DNA from: Chiloscyllium plagiosum
Taxonomy: Eukaryota
Length of the DNA stretch: 42,011 bases
Direction of reading: 5' to 3'
Assembly (NCBI RefSeq): GCF_004010195.1
Contig: NC_057719.1
Coordinates: forward strand, 15,580,589-15,622,599
Both the position numbers and the translations under genes were made by a program. Within the stretch, counting starts at the first letter, position 1. The number at the start of each line of letters is the position of its first letter. Shown here piece after piece: positions 34,945 to 42,011 of the stretch. The notes below the pieces were generated by a model that was given only the letters and a program-made list of their open reading frames with translations, was not told the origin of the DNA and made no database searches.

Positions 34945-34991
34945 GATGCACCAGGATGGTCAACACTGCTACAAAACGTTAAACATTTCTG

Positions 34992-35105
34992 AATAAAAAC
35001 TGAAAGAACCGCAGAAGCAAAAGCAGAAATTGCTGGAATAGCTCAGCAGAGTCTGTGGAGAGAAATCAGAGTTAACATTTCAGGCCGAGTGACCCTTCCT
35101 CAAAA
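34992..35105 (-). mobile_element. Older pseudo-LTR fragment (second family) just upstream of the Prox acceptor
   Basis: aacatttcaggccgagtgacccttcctcaaaa is a decayed hammerhead core on the minus strand. Confidence 0.6.
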
Positions 35106-35404
35106 GCTATTAAATATTCCCAACCTACTTTACGTTGTTACAGATTGCCTATTCTTTATATAAACGGTCTTATTCTACCACTCACCAATTCCTAAAGATG
35201 AAACAAACTAAATGGAGATTATTTATTTCTTAGCACACATTGGAAGCACCACAACCTCTGCCTTTTGTGTAATCCCGATCCATTTCAACCAAAGTAGCGA
35301 ATAACATTTAGTTAGAAAATAATATTAAATTTTTGCCTATTAAATTTGTCACACATCAGATGAATTTTAAAAGATACATTGTCAAGATAATATGTTGTAA
35401 AGGA

Positions 35405-35494
35405 CTGAAGAAGGGCTTATGCCCAAAACGTAGATTCTCCTGCTCCTTGGATGCTGCCTGACCTGCTGCGCTTTTCCAGCAACACATTTTTCAG
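35405..35494 (+). mobile_element. Penelope pseudo-LTR copy
   Basis: ctgaagaagggcttatgccc-aaaacg (GAAA mutated) ...gatgctgcctgacctgctgcgcttttccagc. Confidence 0.85.
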
Positions 35495-35539
35495 TAATAG
35501 AAAATAGATTCAGGATAATGGGTCATTTTTACCCCGGGT

Positions 35540-36200
35540 ACGTGCCATCCCATAGGCAAGACAGGCCCACTAGAAGTGGTAGCACAGTGATGTACAGTCA
35601 GGAAGGAGTGTTCAACATTGACTCTGGACCCCACAGTGTCTCAAGGCATTGAGTCAAACTTGTGAAAGGAAATCTCCTGCTGATTACTATCTCCTAGCAT
35701 TCAGCTCAAGAATCAGTTCTATTTAACATTGAATGCCATTTGGAGGAATCACTTCAGGTACCAAGGGCACACAAAGTACTCTGGGTGGAGATTCAATGTC
35801 CATCATCAAGAATGGTTCATTAGCACTTCTACTGACTGAGTTCGTAAAGTCCTCAAGGTCCTAGCTGCTAGGATGGGCCTCCAGGGGTGAGGGAACCAAC
35901 AAGAGGGAAAAATGTATTGATCTTGTCCTTGCAAATCTACCTGAAGCAGATGCATCTAATGACAGTATCAGTAGGAGTGACCACTCCACAGTCCTTGCAG
36001 AAACAGAATCCCTTCTTCACATTGAGGATACCCTGTGTTGTGTTGTATAGCACTAACAAATTGTTAAATGGAATAGATTTTTAGCAGATCTGCTAACTCA
36101 TACCTGGACACTCATGAGATGATGTGGACTATCAGCAGCAGAATTATATTCAACTACAACCTAACTTCACATTCCCAATTTACCATGACCATTAAGGAAG
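35540..36200 (+). mobile_element. APE endonuclease region of the same LINE family as 22430-28087
   Basis: Homologous to the reverse complement of about 23880-24500; ctgggtggagattcaatgtccatcatcaagaatgg (WVGDFNVHHQEW-like). Confidence 0.7.
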
Positions 36201-37540
36201 GATGAGTGCACCTCTGGTAACAACCTTGTTTGGTAATAACGGGAAACACTTGATCACAGACAAAGCCATTTCTTTGTGGAAGAACTTACTTTGTAAAAGA
36301 TGAAGACTGACCAGGTTTATAAGCTCCTGAGAAGTCTGAAGTCACACGCGGCCTTGGTTTTTGTTGCTATGAAACAAGTACATTTGTTTGTGTGTTTGGG
36401 GGGCGGGGGGTGGCCTGATCAGGTCAAGAAGCCTGCGCAAGCGAGGCAGCCACACTGGTCGACAGCAACAACTCTAACTGGGCCATGCAAGCTGAACTCT
36501 AAAGGTTCAAACAGAGGAGAGTTAACAAGAAAGGAATGGCAGGCAATGGAACTTAAAGAACATGGATAGAGGCAAGGAGGAGAAGGAAGGTGGGTACTGC
36601 CTATTTAGGGTGGGGGACACAATGGGGTAATTAAAAGTGCTAGGGAGGGGAGAAAGAGCAAATGAATCGAATACAGGATCAACGCTGACCATGGGATTTG
36701 GATGGGAATGAGATTGAGAAACGAGGAGAACTATCAAGGGAAATAGCCGATTGAAGAAAGACAAAAGACACCAGAGAATAGAAGAGGACCATCTACAGTG
36801 ATGTGGGAAAATTATAGTGTAGAGCGGGAGGGTAAAGAGTGAACAAATCAAGTGCAAAATAAACAGTCTCCTAAAATGCATCACAACAAAAAAGGCCTCA
36901 CAGAGAATGGCCAGCAAGCTGTTTGCACATATTCCTATACAGCACTATCATATTCAACTGAAGTAACCATAACAGAAAGTGTTAAATACTACTGTGCATG
37001 CAATCTGTTAAAGGCTTAGCACTGAGCAAAGGTCACTACAGAACAAAGGCTCTGACAGCTCCAAACACTGACATCCTAACTCATTGATTAATTTAACTCT
37101 GAGAAGAAGGGGACTCAAGACTCTCTCAACAGTGCTGACAATGGTGAACATGATTGGACAGTGATAGAGTGAGTGAGTGCGTGTGTGTGTTATTCCACAT
37201 GCAGCCTTGCAGGAGCATTAGCAGGCTGAGATACATGAAAGCAAAGAACATGGGAATGAAATTGTTACGCAGCTTGTACATTCCAAGGTTGTAGGACTGT
37301 ATTGCGGGGACAATGAAAGCCAGTAACATTAAGATTTGGGTAATTGTCATATGCATGGAGAGCAATGATCCAGGCAACAAAGATCTTTCACATTACTGAG
37401 GAATGAAGGACAGGAAAACCAGTCAGGTTGCGCCTGACCTTGTAGAGATGAGCATGTGAGCAGTATTTCCATAACAAATGTTTCGGTAACCAAACCTAAC
37501 GCTTTACTGGCATTGATGAGGCTAAGGAGGAGGAGTAAAG

Positions 37541-37747
37541 ATTAGATGAGATTACTTACAGTGTAGGAACAGGCCCTTTGGCCCAACAAGTCCACACCGA
37601 CCCGCCAAAGCGCAACCCACCCATACCCCTACATTTACCCCTTACCTAACACTATGGGCAATTTAGCATGGCCAATTCACCTAACCTAACCCGGGTCTCT
37701 GGCGCTGTGAGGCAGCAGTGCTAACCACTGTGCCACCGTGCCGCCCA
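37541..37747 (-). mobile_element. HE1-like SINE with internal deletion
   Basis: ctgtgaggcagcagtgctaaccactgtgccaccgtgccgccc is the reverse complement of the HE1 head. Confidence 0.9.
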
Positions 37748-38084
37748 AGAAGCATCCAGCACCAGCCAGAGAAAGGGGACTACAGTTGTGGATAAGCAAG
37801 TAGTATCTGAAGCAGGAAATCAGAATCTTCAGCACTCTTTAACCATGTACCAAGGCAATGTGTACTGATCGCATTTTATCAACCGAGAGGAGTGAAAGTC
37901 AGTGGTGAAGACATCTTCAGTTGCTGAGTTAGGCAGTCACCTATACCACCACCGCCTAACGGCCAATGTGCAGTCATGCAGCATGGGAAGCAGCGTTATG
38001 ACTGTGCTGCTGAAGATCACAGCGGTATTGAACATGCAATCCACCAGAAAACCTCAAATCTCAATTCAGAACGTTTTATAAATT

Positions 38085-38602
38085 CCTGTGTGGAACATGG
38101 GCCTTGCTGGCTAGCCAGCATTTATTGGCCATCCCCATGTGCTGTTGGTGAACTGCAAGCTACATCTGTGGTATCTCCCAATCAGCAGCCCACACGTGCA
38201 TTTGTGAGCTCAACCCCGATGGAGGAGTTGTGGATGGGAATGGTTCAGGACTTTTTTCCCCAAGAAGAATGAGAGAGCCCTGAGACCATTCTGATGGGGA
38301 ATGGACATGTAAAAGGGCCAGCTGTCCATCCTTTATTGCCCAGATGGCAGTAAAGAGTCAATCACATTGCTGTGGAGTCACGTGTAGGCCAGATCAGGTA
38401 AGAATGGCAGTTTCTTTCTCTAAAGGATATTAGTGAACCAGATGAGGTTTTCCTGACAATCAGCAACACCTTCACGGTCATCATTAAACTTTTAATTCCA
38501 TTTGTTTTTATTAGTTTCAAATACCACCATCTACATGGCAGAATATTATTTGGGTCCCTGGATTAATATTCTAGTAATAATACCACTAGCTGCATCTCCC
38601 CG
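38085..38602 (-). mobile_element. tRNA-headed SINE-like element (same family as 2304-2728)
   Basis: Reverse tail gctggctagccagcatttattggccatccc and body gagtcaatcacattgctgtggagtcacgtgtaggccaga. Confidence 0.7.
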
Positions 38603-41029
38603 CAGCTGATTGGAGTGTTTCTGCTGAAGGATATTGATAAATCAAAAGTTAAAATTGTTATGTTCTGACCTAAAGGATGCTCTGATTGAATATTTTCTCT
38701 TTCTCACATATATATCTGTAATGCAAGTGTATATATCTATACCATTGCATACGCACAGAAAAGAATCTCTTGTCCATCTGGTGTATTTCTTTGTTTAGAG
38801 AATCTGTCTCTATCAATCTCTGTGTTTCTGTGTTTCAGTTTCTCCAGCTCTCGTTCTACTTTTCCATGCTTGGATCCCTGACTACATATTTCCATGCAAT
38901 TATTCCCCATGTATCGAGAATTCAATTAAACTGGTTGCTTTTGCTTCATTTGAATAATAAAAGATGGGCATATCAGATTTCAACCCATCTAATAGTTTGC
39001 GGCACTACTTGAGACACTGCAGACTACATTTGAAATTATATTTTGAAAGGGCTACTTGACTTGTAAAATAAAGAGAAGTGCATCAATGCTGATCACTCCC
39101 AATGATCAACCAGGTAAGAGGACATTATCAGCTGGAAACTATGAGATATTGTATGCATTAACATCAGAGAAGTCACTGGAATAAGAGTGGGACTGGAGCA
39201 GTGAGTAGTAATGGAAAGCTCGGAGCTACTCAGCTTTCCTTGAGTATCACTAAATCTTATTTAAAACAAAGCACTCTAATAATTTACAGTTTGCTAACTC
39301 ATCTTAAATTAAACAAAAAACTTTTTACATACTAAATAAGCAAAAAACAAAAGGTGATCCAATTTTATTTGGGAATATGAATCACTTTAGGGGTTTCTGT
39401 ATTAAGTCGTTCTACTTTCCCATTTCTTAATGTGTCAATGCATTTTTGTCTGTCTTCAACCCTTAGGACTGAAAGTGCTCTGGGGGTGGGGAAGCAATGT
39501 TGGTGGAGTTACAAGTGGAGCAAGTACTTATGAAGAGCATTATGCTAAACTCTCAGTTATTGAGTGAAAAGTTTACTGAACCCCCAATTGTTATATTCTG
39601 GAAGCACATCAAATGATCAAGATTTTTTATTTTGTTAGCTGTCCACATCACAAAAAAATGCTTTATTCATAGATGTAATAGGAATTTGCTGAGAGTTCTG
39701 TTTCACTGGTGTTGTACTTTCTCTACCCCAATCCACCTCCCCAAAACATCCCTCCCCAAAGCTGCCTCAAAAAGGTCGTGACTGGAGCTGTCTGTTCAAT
39801 GGCACGACTGTATAGTGGCCATCAAACAGACTTGTTATGAATCTTAATAGAGGGGATCATCCAAGTCCTGGATCATTATGGACCAACACAACCACCTCTT
39901 GCATTATGCTGACCTGAATATACAATTCCAAAGCTGCTGTCCATGTTTCTTCAAACGTTATCAAGTTCCTTTTGATCATTTCACCCTACTTATGTGTGTG
40001 AGAGAGAGGTGCCTGCAGGAAATCTGCTTGGCAAACCTTTTTTATTCCACTTTCAGATGGCAGGGTAACCAAATGAGCACCACATTTGGCACAATGTCAA
40101 GCATCATTAATGTGGCCAAGTGTTTTGGTATTATTTATAACATTAAACTTGCAAACAAAGGAAAGAGTGGCATTTTAAAATATTCCCTCAGGCAATCCGT
40201 TTAGGAGTGTGATGCATTGTGTCAAAGGAAAAGAAAACTGTTGGAACAATGGACGGACACAAACCTTTATTCAAGATCATGTTGGTAACCCCTCCAGCTC
40301 AGGGATTTCTATCTATTCATTTTAGTAGGTGGTCACAGGCTGAGATGCTCAATTTATTTAAATTGCAGGGGACACTCAAAGTGCAAGGACTCTTCTACGA
40401 AAAACTGGGACACAATTTTCCCATAGGAACAGCGTGCCAGGTGACTAACATATCACCTCCACCACCGAGTTAACTCACCCAATCACACACATTAAGATAT
40501 ACTCCTTAAGAGCTAACAAACAGTTTAGGAGAGATTTTTGGACCATCACCAGCTTTGACACTGGTGGGGCTAGAGGCAGGCAGCCTGTGGTTCCAAAAGA
40601 CTATTGGTGGAGGTCTGCTCCTCAGGGAGTCAAGAAGCCAAGCAAATGTTTTTTATCTTCTTGTTGCATGGTGAGGGTCATAGGGAGAGAGGTGGTCAGA
40701 GACAAGAGTAAGAGGTAGCTTTGAGTCTTGATTCCACTTCTGCCTCCAATTGTCCCCAACTGGGTAAATTACAGCCCCTCCCCAAATTTGGCAGACAGGT
40801 CACCATAACTTCCCTATTGGAAAAATACCCCCCAATCTCACTCATTCGGAAGGTAGGTAATGAGGGAAACAGTGATTGAGGTACTGGTGAGGAATTGAAA
40901 CTGTCCCGAATGGCGCTTCTTAGCAAGCACTTGATTGGTGATCCCTGTACTTCCCCAGAGATAACTCACTCAAATATTGCCCCCTTATTGATACCTCTCT
41001 CTCTCTCAACAACTCCAATTAGAAGGATC

Positions 41030-41479
41030 AGCAAGACGGCTTTTGTGTGGAGCCGCAGAAAATGGGGCAGATACTAAACGAGTATTTTGCATTATTGTTT
41101 ACTGTGGAAAAGGACATGGAAGGTATAGAATGTAGGGAAATACATGGTGACATCTTGGAAAATGTCCATATTACGGAGGAGGAAGTGCTGGATATCTTGA
41201 AACGCATAAAGGTGGATAAATCCGCAGGACCTGATCAGGTGTACCCTAGAACTCTATGGGAAGCTAGAGAAGTGATTGCTGGGCCTCTTGCTGAGATATT
41301 TATATCATCGATAGTCACAGGTTAGGTGCCGGAAGACTGGGGGTTGGCTAACGTGGTGCCACTGCTTAAGAAGGGTGGTAAGGACAAGCCAGGGAAATAT
41401 AGACCGGTGAGCCTGACGTCGGTGGTGGGCAAGTTATTGGAGAGAATCCTGAAGGACAGGATGTATACGTATTTGGAAA
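41030..41479 (+). mobile_element. Young CR1 ORF2 fragment
   Basis: ILNEYFALLFT...KSAGPDQVYPRTLWEARE...KPGKYRPVSLTSVVGKLLE. Confidence 0.92.
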
Positions 41480-41497
41480 TACGTGTATTTGGAAATA

Positions 41498-42011
41498 CAC
41501 CCGCATGGGCCCCAGCTATGCCTGCCTCTTCGTAGGGTATGTGGAACAATCCATCTTCCGCAACTACACTGGCCCCACCCCCCATCTTTTCCTTCGCTAC
41601 ATTGATGACTGTATCGGCGCCGCCTCGTGCTCCCACGAGGAGGTTGAACAGTTCATCCACTACACTAACACCTTCCACCCCGACCTCAAATTCACCTGGA
41701 CAGCCTCGGACTCCTCCCTCCCCTTCCTAGACCTTTCTGTTTCTATCTCAGGCGACCGAATCAACACGGACATCTACTACAAACCAACCGACTCCCACAG
41801 CTACCTGGACTACACCTCCTCCCATCCTGCCCCCTGTAAAAACACCATCCCATTCTCCCAATTCCTTCATCTCCGCCGCATCTGCTCCCAGGAGGACCAG
41901 TTCAAAATACGTACAACACAGATGGCCTCCATAATCAAGGATCGCAATTCCGCCCCCCCCCGACGTGGTCGACGGTGCCCTCCACCGCATCTCCTCCACT
42001 TCCCGCCCCTC
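41498..42011 (+). mobile_element. Young Penelope-like element, RT region; runs off the window
   Basis: The frame from 41505 reads MGPSYACLFVGYVEQSIF...FLRYIDDCIG...FHPDLKFT...LPFLDL...TDIYYKPTDSHSYLDYTSSHP. The YIDD catalytic motif is intact and CpGs are retained. Confidence 0.92.

Noticed and set aside
36540..36900. Purine-rich stretch and 131-aa minus-strand ORF
   Set aside because: Low-complexity composition, probably a decayed LINE; no recognisable domain.
38422..38634. U12 donor-like ATATCCTTT (38430-38422) and ATATCCTTC (38634-38626) on the minus strand
   Set aside because: No Prox-like coding sequence precedes either. The first lies inside a SINE whose other copies read atgtccttt. 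The true donor is probably beyond the window.
1..42011. CRISPR arrays, operons or prokaryotic defence systems
   Set aside because: There is no regularly spaced repeat-spacer structure and no gene-dense coding; the sequence is vertebrate intronic DNA.

Overview
This is vertebrate genomic DNA. Its repeat content (HE1-like tRNA SINEs, CR1/HER1 LINEs, DeuSINEs, Penelope-like elements) points to a cartilaginous fish, probably a shark. It is not prokaryotic. The window lies inside a minus-strand Prospero/Prox-family homeobox gene. Two coding exons are visible: 34924-34817 (108 bp, start of the homeodomain) and 18078-17884 (195 bp, rest of the homeodomain and start of the Prospero domain). I did not find the large upstream exon or the last exon, so they probably lie outside the window. 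The rest is intron densely filled with nested transposon relics, plus one assembly gap (25980-26605). Most notable: (1) the acceptor of the 108-bp exon looks like a minor-spliceosome (U12) 3' splice site ending in non-canonical AT; (2) many Penelope pseudo-LTR copies carry minimal hammerhead ribozyme cores, three of them intact on the pre-mRNA strand; (3) a LINE appears to share a tRNA-like head with a SINE family; (4) there is a locally templated inverted duplication. I found no clearly new protein-coding system. Repeat boundaries are approximate, and family names come from recognition, not from a database search.
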